DNA from: Candidatus Moranbacteria bacterium CG_4_9_14_3_um_filter_44_28
GTDB taxonomy: Bacteria; Patescibacteriota; Minisyncoccia; Moranbacterales; UBA11712
Assembly: GCA_002790655.1 (NCBI GenBank)
Contig: PFVO01000042.1
Location: 1-50,562 of the forward strand
Length of the DNA: 50,562 nt
Direction of reading: 5' to 3'
Below the pieces are notes generated by a model. It did not search any database and was not told the origin of the DNA. It worked only from the letters and a program-made list of their open reading frames with translations. The stretch's first letter is position 1. Each line of letters opens with the position of its first letter. Position numbers and translations under genes: made by a program. Positions 18,218 through 27,590 of this stretch are shown piece by piece.

Positions 18218-19164
18218 TTCTTATACTTCTCTTTCTTCAAAAAATACGTCTGATCTTCGGTGAGCTTGCGGTTCGTCTTGATCATATCGGCAATGAGCGC
18301 AAAAACGAAAAGCTGGATTCCGACCAGCAGCAAAACTCCGGCAAGCGCCAGCCAGGTCCGAAAAGGAGAAACTTTAAAATGGGAAAAATAATAAATCGAA
18401 AAAGCAATTCCTATGGAAAAAGCCATGGCAACAAGAACGACTCCGGGAACTCCAAAAAAAACAAGCGGCCGGGCGTCGCGGACCGTGCGCAGGATTATCA
18501 TAAAAGACTGAAATATGAATTTACTGACTGACTTTACGACTTTCGACTCGCGATCTTCAAAATAGGTCACCTCGACCGGAATCCACTTCACGATTAAGTT
18601 CTTTGAGATGGCATCAATGATTGTTTCCTGCGTGTAGGTGAAGCGATAGGCAAGGTTGAGCCGCAGCATCGTCTCGCGCGAGAGAGCCCGGAAACCGCAG
18701 GTGAGATCGTCAATCTTGTAGCGCAAAAATTTTCCGATGATGCCGGCCGCAAGGCGATTGAGCCAGTTTTTTATCCAAGGCATATTTTTTGCCGATTTAA
18801 TGCCGAAGCGGGAAGCCACGACCATATCCGCTTTTCCGGCGAGAATCAATTCTGTGAACTTCGGGATGTCGCTCGCCGGAAATTGGCCGTCGGCGTCAAT
18901 ATTCACGAAAGCATCCGCTTTGTGCTCGAGGGCCGATTCCACGGCCGTCCGGAAAGTCGCTCCAACTCCCTGGTTGCGAACGTGGCTTACGACAATGTCG
19001 GCTCCCGCTTCTTTTGAAACTTCGACTGTTTTGTCGCGCGAACCATCATCAACAACCTGAATTTTGACTTCGCTGAATCCATTGATATGCCGCGGGACTT
19101 TTTTTATCACTTCGCTAATGGTTTCTTCCTCGTTGTAAGCGGGAATATTGACAATTAGACGCAT
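18214..19164 (-). CDS. GT2 family glycosyltransferase (polyprenol-phosphate sugar transferase type)
   Basis: IPAYNEE, VDDGSRD, DADGQ, CGFR, two C-terminal TMs; start ATG 19164. Confidence 0.92.
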   Translation of the reverse strand: MRLIVNIPAYNEEETISEVIKKVPRHINGFSEVKIQVVDDGSRDKTVEVSKEAGADIVVSHVRNQGVGATFRTAVESALEHKADAFVNIDADGQFPASDIPKFTELILAGKADMVVASRFGIKSAKNMPWIKNWLNRLAAGIIGKFLRYKIDDLTCGFRALSRETMLRLNLAYRFTYTQETIIDAISKNLIVKWIPVEVTYFEDRESKVVKSVSKFIFQSFMIILRTVRDARPLVFFGVPGVVLVAMAFSIGIAFSIYYFSHFKVSPFRTWLALAGVLLLVGIQLFVFALIADMIKTNRKLTEDQTYFLKKEKYKK

Positions 19165-19170
19165 AATATA

Positions 19171-19223
19171 AAAATTCAAAATTTAAAAATCAAAATGCAA
19201 AATGACAATGCAAAATTCAAAAT
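19171..19223 (+). repeat. Solo copy of the AAAATNN heptamer motif with a TGACAA core
   Basis: 46/52 identical to the reverse complement of 50255-50306. Confidence 0.8.
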
Positions 19224-19321
19224 ACCCCTATTTCTCATTGAATTTAATATAGCATATTAACCCAAAAAAATCCAGTTTATGGAATTGCTTTTTTGCTTTT
19301 TTTATTGTAAATTATAATTAT

Positions 19322-20449
19322 ATGAAAATCGGCATAAACGCTTCATTTTTGCGAAAACTCGACACCGGAATTGGGCAGGTTTCACACGGATTTGTCAAAG
19401 AAATAATCAGATCTCATTCAGACGAAAATGAGTATTTTTTATATCTTGAGAAAGATATCGAACTCAAACTGCCGAAAAATTTTCACAAAAGAATATTTTT
19501 GCCGACTTGGAAGCGCGACGATCTGATCCGGAAAATTTGGTGGGAGAAACTTTTGCTACCAAAAAAAGTGCGCGGAGACAAGTGCGATGTTTTTATTTCC
19601 CTCTATCAATGTCCGACAAATTTTGCAAAAAATATCAAACATAAAATGCTGGTTCACGACCTGATTCCGAAAATCTTTCCGGAATATCTCGACAACTGGC
19701 GCAAGAAATTATATTTCTACCTTTCCAACCGGGCCATTCGCCGCACCGACGAGATATTTACTATCTCCGAATGGTCAAAAAAGGATATTCACAAGTACCT
19801 GGAAATCCCGACTGAAAAAATAAAAGTGGCTCATCCAAGCGTCGGAGAGGAATTTTTTGAAAAAGCGGACGATGAAAAAGACAACCGAGTCCTGGAAAAA
19901 TATGGAGTTTACGGACGCTACATTTTTTATGTCGGCGGATTTGATTTTCGAAAAAATATTCCCGGACTGCTCAAGGCCTACGCGAAATTGCTGGAACGTT
20001 ATGAGATTAACGACGTAAATTTGGTGCTCGGCGGAGAAGATAAATCGCGCTTCAGCCCGCTCTTTACAGATGTTAGAAAAGAAATTAAAGACCTTGAGCT
20101 CGAAGAAAACGTGAAGTTAATCGGCTTTGTCGAACAAAAAGATATGCCGGCTCTTTATCGCCAGTGCGAGCTTTTTGTTCTGTCGTCTTTTTATGAAGGC
20201 TTTGGCCTAATGGCGCTTGAAGCGATGGCTTGCGGCGCGCCGACCGCCGTCTCAAAATCATCCTCTCTTCCCGAAGTCGGCGGTGACGCGGTTTTATATT
20301 TCAATCCCCACGATACCGAAGAAATGGCACGAGTGATGGGAAAAATTTTGCGCAACAACAAATTGCGACTGCGGCTCGCCGAAAAAGGCAGAGAGCGAGC
20401 CAAAAAATTCAGCTGGAAAAGTTTTGTGAAAGTTTTTTTTGAGAAATAA
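19322..20449 (+). CDS. GT4 family glycosyltransferase (mannosyltransferase-like)
   Basis: VHDLIP, RKNI, EGFGLMALEAMACG, SSLPEVGGDA. Confidence 0.93.
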   Translation: MKIGINASFLRKLDTGIGQVSHGFVKEIIRSHSDENEYFLYLEKDIELKLPKNFHKRIFLPTWKRDDLIRKIWWEKLLLPKKVRGDKCDVFISLYQCPTNFAKNIKHKMLVHDLIPKIFPEYLDNWRKKLYFYLSNRAIRRTDEIFTISEWSKKDIHKYLEIPTEKIKVAHPSVGEEFFEKADDEKDNRVLEKYGVYGRYIFYVGGFDFRKNIPGLLKAYAKLLERYEINDVNLVLGGEDKSRFSPLFTDVRKEIKDLELEENVKLIGFVEQKDMPALYRQCELFVLSSFYEGFGLMALEAMACGAPTAVSKSSSLPEVGGDAVLYFNPHDTEEMARVMGKILRNNKLRLRLAEKGRERAKKFSWKSFVKVFFEK

Positions 20450-20462
20450 ATTGGGAAATAAT

Positions 20463-20975
20463 ATGCCTGCGCCAGAAATAAGCATAGAAAAGGCGAAAAA
20501 AGACAAACTTTTTTATTTTGTCGCGAATGTGGTTGTCTGGCGCGAATCCGACAGACGATGTTTGATTTTGAAAAGAAGCGAACGGGAGAAAGTTCATCCG
20601 GGAAAATACGCCATGCCCGGCGGAAAATTGGAGTGGAAAGATATGGATCTCGCGCATCCAACCCGAATGAATGGCGATGTGATCGATTTCGAAAACGCCG
20701 TGGAAGATTTGGTGGCTCGGGAAACGCGAGAAGAAGCGGGAATTGAGATTGAAAAGAAACTATACTATATAAACAGCGTGGCCTTCGTCCGCCCCGACGG
20801 AATCCCTGTAATATTGGTGAAATTCGCCGCCAAATACAAAAGCGGAAATGTCTCGCCAAACCCGCACGACTTTTCCGATTTCGCATGGGTGAACGAGAAC
20901 GAAATTGTAAATTATGACTATATCAAGGGCATTGACGAGGAGATAAAGGAAACTATAAAAATTTTCGGGAAATAA
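20463..20975 (+). CDS. NUDIX hydrolase
   Basis: PGGKLE...ARETREEAGI Nudix box; start ATG 20463. Confidence 0.88.
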   Translation: MPAPEISIEKAKKDKLFYFVANVVVWRESDRRCLILKRSEREKVHPGKYAMPGGKLEWKDMDLAHPTRMNGDVIDFENAVEDLVARETREEAGIEIEKKLYYINSVAFVRPDGIPVILVKFAAKYKSGNVSPNPHDFSDFAWVNENEIVNYDYIKGIDEEIKETIKIFGK

Positions 20976-20993
20976 AATTATAAATATTTATTC

Positions 20994-22991
20994 ATGATTG
21001 AAAATCCAGAAAATAATTTTAATGTTTTGGAGTTTTTATCTCACGTGGACGTTAGCGATGAAGAAATTGATAATTTCAGGAAAGATCGAGTTTTATCAGA
21101 AAGAATAGACTTATTTAATGTTATAAAAAAGGAAAAACAAATGATAATGATCGCTATTGATCAATTACCGATCGGACAGCTCAATCGACTAATTGAGCTC
21201 GCAAAAACGAAAGACAAAGAAAGAATGTTTGTTATACATGATATAAAATCAGCTCTACTTGACTTAAACAATTGTACAGAAGATGAAAAAATGACTATTA
21301 AAGAAATATTTAGATATACAAAAACCATCCTCAAAAAACAAATTTCCATTCTTTGGATTTTCAGCGTGGCATTGGGATTTGCTCTGATTGTCTTCGCCGA
21401 CAAAAACAAATTGCCACTGGGAACGGGGGATTTTGTTTTTTTCGCGATTTTGGCGCTTTTCGTCGCGCTATACCGCCCGCGGTGGATATTTTTTCTCTTC
21501 GTGAGTTTCGTACCGCTTGAAAACATTATTCTTGTTGGCGGATTTTTGCCCCTGCAGCTTCGGCCGTACCAGTTTTTAGGCGGCATTCTGATTGTCGCAG
21601 TCGCAATTTTATATATCTTCAAAAAATTGAAATTTGAACTGCTGAAACCAAATTGGATTGACTGGCTGATATTTTCGCTTTTCTCGTTGAGTCTTTTGGC
21701 TGTTTTCAATGCGCCGAATAAATCCGCGACTCTCAAGCAAAATCTGGTTTTAATCTCGTTTGTCGCATTGTACTATCTCGTTCGTAATTTCATTCGAACC
21801 AAAGATGACTTAATCAAAACCACTTTCTTTTTTGTCGGTTCGTTTTTAGTTGTTGTAATATACGGATTTTATCAGGTATTTGCCGACAAATTCGGCTGGC
21901 AGTCTTTCGAGATAATGTTCGGCCGGCCGAATTCAACTTTCGCTGAACCGGACTGGCTGGGAATATTTTTATGCTTCGCGCTGGCAGTGTTGTTATCAGC
22001 GTTTCATTACTGTCATCCCGAGCGAAGCCGAGGGATCTTCGTTAATAATACAATGACTAGCCACAACTTAAGCATAAAGATTTCTCCACTCCTTCAGCTG
22101 AAGCCGAAGTCGGTCGAAATGACAAGAATAGTCACGTTATTTCTCATTTTCTTCAACCTAACCCTTCTCATTTTAACCCTTTCCCGCTCGGCTTGGATCG
22201 GCACTGCCGTAATTATAGTATTCTATTTAATTCTAAACCTCTACAAAAAGACGGAAGGGGGGATAAAACTAACCATCCAAAACTTTACAAATAAACTCGC
22301 GGTGGTCGCACTTATTATTCTTTTTTCCCTCGCGGCAATTCGTGTCGGCGGACTTTCCAAATTTGATATTTTCGACCGGGCCCGTTCGACAACCACCAGC
22401 GAACAAAAAATCACCATTGCCTGCAAAAGCAACATAAACGTTCCCGCTTCAATCAGGGACGTTGGCGAACTTTCAAAATACAATTGCCGCCACATTAATC
22501 TTGAGGAAATTAATTATTATAAGTCGCAGGGAAAAATCGTGACCGAAATTTATCGCAAAGATCCCAATGTTCTCACTCGTGGTCAAATTTATCAGAAAAG
22601 CTGGCAAATAATAAAGAGGCATCCAGTTCTAGGAGTTGGTTTTGGAACCATTACTCAAAAACTTGGCATAGATGCGCGAGGAGCCGGGCTCAACGAAAGT
22701 AATATTTTTCTCCAGATCTGGGTGGGAAGCGGAATTTTGGGATTGATTGCATTTTTGGTTGCAATCGGTTATTTATTTATGCACTCATTTAGAAAACTTT
22801 CGCCCGTCTGCCCGCTGGAAAAATGGTTCAGTTGCCCGGCTGTCAAAAACGAATTTGAAAGAAGCCTGGCTATTTTTACGGTCTTGGGAATTTTAGCCTT
22901 AATAATCCCGAATCTATTCAACGCCGGACTTTTTATGGGAATATTTTGGCTGGGATTGACGACAATCGTTTCCTCAAAAGAGATAAGATAA
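20994..22991 (+). CDS. O-antigen ligase/Wzy-like membrane protein (possible true start at 21291)
   Basis: RPNSTFAEPD, LTLSRSAW, HPVLGVGFG, NIFLQ...GILG. Confidence 0.85.
   Translation: MIENPENNFNVLEFLSHVDVSDEEIDNFRKDRVLSERIDLFNVIKKEKQMIMIAIDQLPIGQLNRLIELAKTKDKERMFVIHDIKSALLDLNNCTEDEKMTIKEIFRYTKTILKKQISILWIFSVALGFALIVFADKNKLPLGTGDFVFFAILALFVALYRPRWIFFLFVSFVPLENIILVGGFLPLQLRPYQFLGGILIVAVAILYIFKKLKFELLKPNWIDWLIFSLFSLSLLAVFNAPNKSATLKQNLVLISFVALYYLVRNFIRTKDDLIKTTFFFVGSFLVVVIYGFYQVFADKFGWQSFEIMFGRPNSTFAEPDWLGIFLCFALAVLLSAFHYCHPERSRGIFVNNTMTSHNLSIKISPLLQLKPKSVEMTRIVTLFLIFFNLTLLILTLSRSAWIGTAVIIVFYLILNLYKKTEGGIKLTIQNFTNKLAVVALIILFSLAAIRVGGLSKFDIFDRARSTTTSEQKITIACKSNINVPASIRDVGELSKYNCRHINLEEINYYKSQGKIVTEIYRKDPNVLTRGQIYQKSWQIIKRHPVLGVGFGTITQKLGIDARGAGLNESNIFLQIWVGSGILGLIAFLVAIGYLFMHSFRKLSPVCPLEKWFSCPAVKNEFERSLAIFTVLGILALIIPNLFNAGLFMGIFWLGLTTIVSSKEIR
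22011..22124. mobile_element. 114-nt in-frame TGTCAT...ATGACA element in the O-antigen-ligase-like gene
   Basis: Terminal inverted hexamers, two hairpin-bearing ends, AT-rich spacer; encodes 38 aa CHPERSRG...SVEMT between TM helices. Confidence 0.85.
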
Positions 22992-22995
22992 CTAA

Positions 22996-24123
22996 ATGAT
23001 AATTGGCATCGACATTCGAGTCATCGGCAAAAAATGCACCGGCGATGAGGTGTACTTTTTCAACTTGGTGAAAAATTTGGCGGCGATAGACAAAGCAAAC
23101 AAATATTTTCTTTTCACCGACCGCGATCAGGAAAAAGATTCTGATTTAGCTCGAGAAATTGAAAAGCTGGAACTGGGGTCTAATTTCAAAATTATTTTTC
23201 TGAATTCACCGAATCGCTTCTGGTGGAATTTGTGGGCTCTGCCGAATTATCTCCGCCAGAATCCGGTGGATATTTTCCATACTCAATACATCGCTCCTTT
23301 TTGGCTTCCAAAAAATATAAAATTAGTTCTCACTATCCACGATATTTCTTTCAACTTTTTTCCGAAATACATCAAAAAATCCGATTTGTTTTTCTTAAAA
23401 ACTCTTCTTCCGAGAAGCATCCGGCGGGCTGACAAAATAATCACCGTTTCCCAAAGCGAGCAGGAGCAAATTATAAATTTCTACAAAATCCAGCCGGAAA
23501 AAATTGATTTTGTCTACAACGGCGTGGATTATGAAAATTTTGCGAAAGAATTTTCTGAAGAGGAAAAAGAGAAGGTTCGACAAAAATACAATTTACCGCA
23601 AAAATTTCTGCTTTATATCGGAACTTTTCAGCCTCGGAAAAATATACCGGTTCTAATCGAAGCAATAAAATCTCTGGATATAAAATTAATCCTCGCCGGA
23701 AACAGAAACGCGCGCAATTTTGATAAAAAAATCAATGAAGTCATCGAAAAAAATAATTTTCAAAATAAAGTAATTTTTCCAGGATGGATTGATGAGGAAG
23801 ATAAGCCCGCGTTATTACAAATAGCCGATTGTTTTGTCTTCCCATCGCTCTATGAAGGTTTCGGCATTCCAATTGTTGAGGCCATGGCCGCCGGTACGCC
23901 GGTTATTTCTTCAAATAAGACATCCCTGCCCGAAGTAGGAAAAGACGGAGCTCTATTCTGCGACCCTAAAAACACCGACGAGTTTTCCAAAAGGATATAC
24001 CAAGCTATTGCCGATGAAAATTTAAAGGCTGATATAATTAAGAGGGGATCAGAAATAGCTAAATTATACTCCTGGCAAAAAACCGCCGAAAAGACTCTCA
24101 ACATGTATAAATCTCTAATGTAA
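22996..24123 (+). CDS. GT4 family glycosyltransferase
   Basis: TIHDI, QPRKN, EGFGIPIVEAMAAG. Confidence 0.93.
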   Translation: MIIGIDIRVIGKKCTGDEVYFFNLVKNLAAIDKANKYFLFTDRDQEKDSDLAREIEKLELGSNFKIIFLNSPNRFWWNLWALPNYLRQNPVDIFHTQYIAPFWLPKNIKLVLTIHDISFNFFPKYIKKSDLFFLKTLLPRSIRRADKIITVSQSEQEQIINFYKIQPEKIDFVYNGVDYENFAKEFSEEEKEKVRQKYNLPQKFLLYIGTFQPRKNIPVLIEAIKSLDIKLILAGNRNARNFDKKINEVIEKNNFQNKVIFPGWIDEEDKPALLQIADCFVFPSLYEGFGIPIVEAMAAGTPVISSNKTSLPEVGKDGALFCDPKNTDEFSKRIYQAIADENLKADIIKRGSEIAKLYSWQKTAEKTLNMYKSLM

Positions 24124-24132
24124 TTCCTTGCA

Positions 24133-24161
24133 TTGCCATAAATATTTTTTCATACTATACT
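24133..24161 (+). promoter_or_regulatory. Sigma70-type promoter for the LCP gene
   Basis: TTGCCA, 17 nt, TATACT. Confidence 0.55.
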
Positions 24162-24225
24162 CACAAAAGATGTCGCGAGGCTGATCATTTTTAATTTGTA
24201 CGCAAATTAATTAATATCAAAACTT

Positions 24226-25293
24226 ATGGGAATTTTCGGATCAAGATACGAAGAAGAAAGCGTCAGGCCAAGAAGGAAAAAATTTTACAAAAAAAAATGG
24301 TTTAAGATTTTGCTGGTGATTATTCTACTTATAGCCGCCACAGGCGGCTGGGCGATGTACAAAGCCGGAATGACTTTGAGCAAAATCTCAACCAAAGACG
24401 GATTTCTGAAATCGCTTTGGAAATCCATCCCGGGAGTCGGACCCGATGAACTTCAAGGGGAAAAAGAAGGACAGATCAACGTTCTGCTTCTTGGAATGCG
24501 CGGAAACAATATGCCGGGCGGGGGACTCTTGGCTGACACCATTATGGTCGTGATGGCCCGGCCGCAGGAAAATAAAGTTGCCCTCCTTTCCATTCCGCGC
24601 GATCTCTGGGTGAAGCATCCGGACAGCTCTACGCAAAGCAAAATAAACTCCATCCACGCACTCTATGAAGAAAAAGGCGAGGGGAAAGGTATGGAGGCCA
24701 TGAAGCAAGTTGTCGGTGACATAACAGGACTCCCCATTCACTACGCCGTCCGAATTGATTTTATAGGATTCAAGGAACTCGTTGAAACGGTTGGAGGAGT
24801 TGACATATATCTTGATCAGCTTTTCTCTGAACCAACCCAGTTCGAAGGCGAAAATGCGCTCAATTTTTCGCTCCCGGCTGGAAAAAATCACATTGATGGT
24901 CAAAGGGCTCTGTTTTTCGTCCGCGCCCGCTACGCGTCATCCGATTTTGAACGGGCCAAAAGACAACAGCAAGTTTTAATTGCTCTTAAGGACAAGCTCT
25001 TGAGTCTGGGAACGTTAGCAGATTTCGGAAAAGTGAATAACATTTTGAACGTATTGGGAGAAGACGTCCGCACCGATATGGACATTTCCGAAATGAAAAA
25101 CTTTTTTGAACTGGCAAACAAAACCCAGAACCCCCAAATCAAACAAAAAGTTCTCGACACTTCGGAGGGGGGGCTACTGTATTCGACCAAGGCCGACACG
25201 CCGGAAGGGAAAACATACGTACTGCTCCCGGCCGGCGGAAATTACAACAAAATCCGCGAAGTCGTAAAAAATATTTTCCAGCAAGAGAAATGA
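24226..25293 (+). CDS. LCP (LytR-CpsA-Psr) family protein
   Basis: NVLLLG, DTIM, SIPRDLW, KIN, VRARY, SDFER..RQQ. Confidence 0.93.
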   Translation: MGIFGSRYEEESVRPRRKKFYKKKWFKILLVIILLIAATGGWAMYKAGMTLSKISTKDGFLKSLWKSIPGVGPDELQGEKEGQINVLLLGMRGNNMPGGGLLADTIMVVMARPQENKVALLSIPRDLWVKHPDSSTQSKINSIHALYEEKGEGKGMEAMKQVVGDITGLPIHYAVRIDFIGFKELVETVGGVDIYLDQLFSEPTQFEGENALNFSLPAGKNHIDGQRALFFVRARYASSDFERAKRQQQVLIALKDKLLSLGTLADFGKVNNILNVLGEDVRTDMDISEMKNFFELANKTQNPQIKQKVLDTSEGGLLYSTKADTPEGKTYVLLPAGGNYNKIREVVKNIFQQEK

Positions 25294-25317
25294 GAAATTA
25301 GCAGTGAGAGATGAGAA

Positions 25318-26136
25318 ATGAAAAAAGAATTATCAATTATTGTCACGAGCTACAAAAACCCACCGGTTCTTCGGCTTTGTCTGGAATCGCTTCGGAAAAA
25401 TGTCCTTTGCAAAAATTATGAAATTCTGGTTCTTAACAGCTCCACAGAAGAAGATACGGAAATGATGATGAGAGAGGATTTTCCGGATGTTAAGTTCTTC
25501 CCATTTAAAAATAATTTGGGTTTTTCCAAGCTTGTAAATAACGGGCTGAAAAAAACAAAAGGCGATTATATTCTCATATTGAATGCGGATATAATAATAG
25601 AAAAAAAATCCGCGGATATACTGCTCCAGCAATTGAAAAATAACCCCTCCATTGGAATTATCGGTCCGAAACTGCTCAATTTTGACGGGAAAGTACAGCC
25701 CTCATGCTTTAAATTCTATACACCGTCCATAATTATATACCGCCGCACTTTTCTGGGAAGATTTCAGTTTGCCAAAAGAAAAATCAACAAATTTTTGTAT
25801 AAAGATAAAGATTTAGAAAAACCACAAGAAGTTGATTGGATAATGGGGTCCGCTATAATGACAATCCGCAGGGCATTCGAAAAAGTCGGGTTAATGGAAG
25901 AAAATTTCGGATTTATGTATTTCGAAGATGTCGATTGGTGCCGAAGATTTTGGGAAAAAGGATTTAAGGTCGTTTATTATCCGCACGCGAAAATGTTTCA
26001 CTATCACGGAAAAGGTTCGGCAAGCCAAAGCGCCCTAAAAGCCGTTCTTTTCAACAGGCTCACCAGAGAACACGTAAAAAGTGCTCTGAAATATTTTTGG
26101 AAATATCTCGGAAAACCAAATTCGCATCAAGAATGA
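25318..26136 (+). CDS. GT2 family glycosyltransferase (WbbL/rhamnosyltransferase-like)
   Basis: NLGFSK..N, LNAD, VDWIMGS, FMYFEDVDWC. Confidence 0.9.
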   Translation: MKKELSIIVTSYKNPPVLRLCLESLRKNVLCKNYEILVLNSSTEEDTEMMMREDFPDVKFFPFKNNLGFSKLVNNGLKKTKGDYILILNADIIIEKKSADILLQQLKNNPSIGIIGPKLLNFDGKVQPSCFKFYTPSIIIYRRTFLGRFQFAKRKINKFLYKDKDLEKPQEVDWIMGSAIMTIRRAFEKVGLMEENFGFMYFEDVDWCRRFWEKGFKVVYYPHAKMFHYHGKGSASQSALKAVLFNRLTREHVKSALKYFWKYLGKPNSHQE

Positions 26137-26138
26137 TG

Positions 26139-26276
26139 CCTGCCCGAAATGCTTTGATTATCGAAGCAATTACAGAATAACAAATTAATAAGTTTATCAA
26201 AGAATAATAGACCGGTAGCAATAGGAGCATCTCAAAGCAGGCGGGCTAATCCGTGAATTGCCTGCCGGCAGGCAGG
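26139..26276. mobile_element. Intergenic CCTGCC...GCAGG family elements (107-nt copy plus 16-nt copy)
   Basis: CCTGCCCG (26139)...GCAGGCGGG (26245) has the same ends as the rtcB inner element; CCTGCCGGCAGGCAGG at 26261-26276. Confidence 0.7.
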
Positions 26277-26283
26277 CAAATTT

Positions 26284-27537
26284 ATGAATGTAGAAACTAA
26301 TTACAAACCCAGCAAATTCCGCCGGCATTTCAAAATCTTTGTCGTCGTTGTTCTTGTCTGTACCAGTTTTTTCGCCGGGGTTTTCTATGCTGAATACAAG
26401 TCCTCCAGAACCAACAAGACTGCTGTTCTCGAAAACATTCTTGTAAAAAGCCACGAAAAAAAACAGCCGCAGGGCATGGACTTCAGTCTCTTTTGGGAAG
26501 CTTGGAATCTTATAAATGAAAAATATGTTGACAAAAGCAAGCTGGACCAGACGAAAATGATTTATGGATCCATTTCCGGGATGATAAAAGCGGTCGGCGA
26601 TCCTTTTTCCGGATTTATGAATCCGGAAGAAACCGAGGCTTTCTCGCAAGACATGGAAGGAACCTTTGACGGAATCGGCGTGGAGATCGGAATGAAAAAC
26701 GAAATTTTGACCGTGATTGCGCCCCTTGAAGGAACTCCGGCCGCAAAAGCCGGACTCAAAGCCGGAGATAAAATCCTCAAAATAGGAGATGAGCTTACAA
26801 CCGACATGTCGGTTGACCAAGCCGTTACAAAAATTCGCGGCCCGAAGGGAACCGAGATTACGCTCACTGTTCTTCGAAACGGCGACGACGAGCCAAAGGA
26901 AATCAAAATTACAAGGGACACAATAAGCGTAAAGAGCGTGAAACTTGAAACGAAAGACGGAGAAATCGCCATAGTCAAAATTTCGAAGTTCGGCGACGAC
27001 ACAACCGCGGAATTCAACAGAGTCGCATCCCGGATCATTACTCAAAAAAGCAAAGGAATCGTTTTGGATCTTCGCAACAATCCCGGCGGCTATCTTGAGT
27101 CAGCCATTGACATTTCCTCAAAATTCATTCCCCAGGGAGAAGTAATTGTCCTCGAGGAAACAAGCGACGGAAGCAAAAAAAATTATGACGCGCGGGGAGG
27201 AAGCATCCTTTCCGGACTGCCAGTCATCGTTTTGGTGAATGGCGGAAGCGCCAGCGCTTCAGAAATCACCGCGGGCGCCCTGCGAGACGACCTCGGCGCG
27301 ATTCTCGTTGGAAAAAAGACCTTCGGCAAAGGCTCCGTCCAGCAGCTTGAAAAATTGTCGGGTGGCTCGAGCTTGCGTATCACCATTGCCCGCTGGCTCA
27401 CTCCGAACGGGGACTATATAATGGAAAAAGGGATTGACCCGACCGTTGACATTGATCTCACGGATAATGATTACAACAATGACCGCGATCCTCAAATGGA
27501 CAGGGCCCTGGAAATCTTGAAGGAGAAAATTAAATAA
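26284..27537 (+). CDS. ctpA: S41A carboxyl-terminal processing protease with PDZ domain
   Basis: GIGVEI, DLRNNPGG, SASASEI, TFGKGSVQ. Confidence 0.95.
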   Translation: MNVETNYKPSKFRRHFKIFVVVVLVCTSFFAGVFYAEYKSSRTNKTAVLENILVKSHEKKQPQGMDFSLFWEAWNLINEKYVDKSKLDQTKMIYGSISGMIKAVGDPFSGFMNPEETEAFSQDMEGTFDGIGVEIGMKNEILTVIAPLEGTPAAKAGLKAGDKILKIGDELTTDMSVDQAVTKIRGPKGTEITLTVLRNGDDEPKEIKITRDTISVKSVKLETKDGEIAIVKISKFGDDTTAEFNRVASRIITQKSKGIVLDLRNNPGGYLESAIDISSKFIPQGEVIVLEETSDGSKKNYDARGGSILSGLPVIVLVNGGSASASEITAGALRDDLGAILVGKKTFGKGSVQQLEKLSGGSSLRITIARWLTPNGDYIMEKGIDPTVDIDLTDNDYNNDRDPQMDRALEILKEKIK

Positions 27538-27590
27538 TTGCCGGCATAATATTTTCAAGCTATAATTGAAACAGGAAAAGGAACAAAAAA

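Noticed and set aside
22808..22842. CTGCCCG...TGCCCG in the O-antigen-ligase-like gene as a CCTGCC-family element
   Set aside because: Direct rather than inverted arrangement, and the GCAGG end is missing
26197..27045. Long antisense ORFs (282 aa here; also 1911-2537, 20191-20886, 24388-24903 and others)
   Set aside because: Shadows of well-supported genes on the opposite strand, with no recognisable motifs
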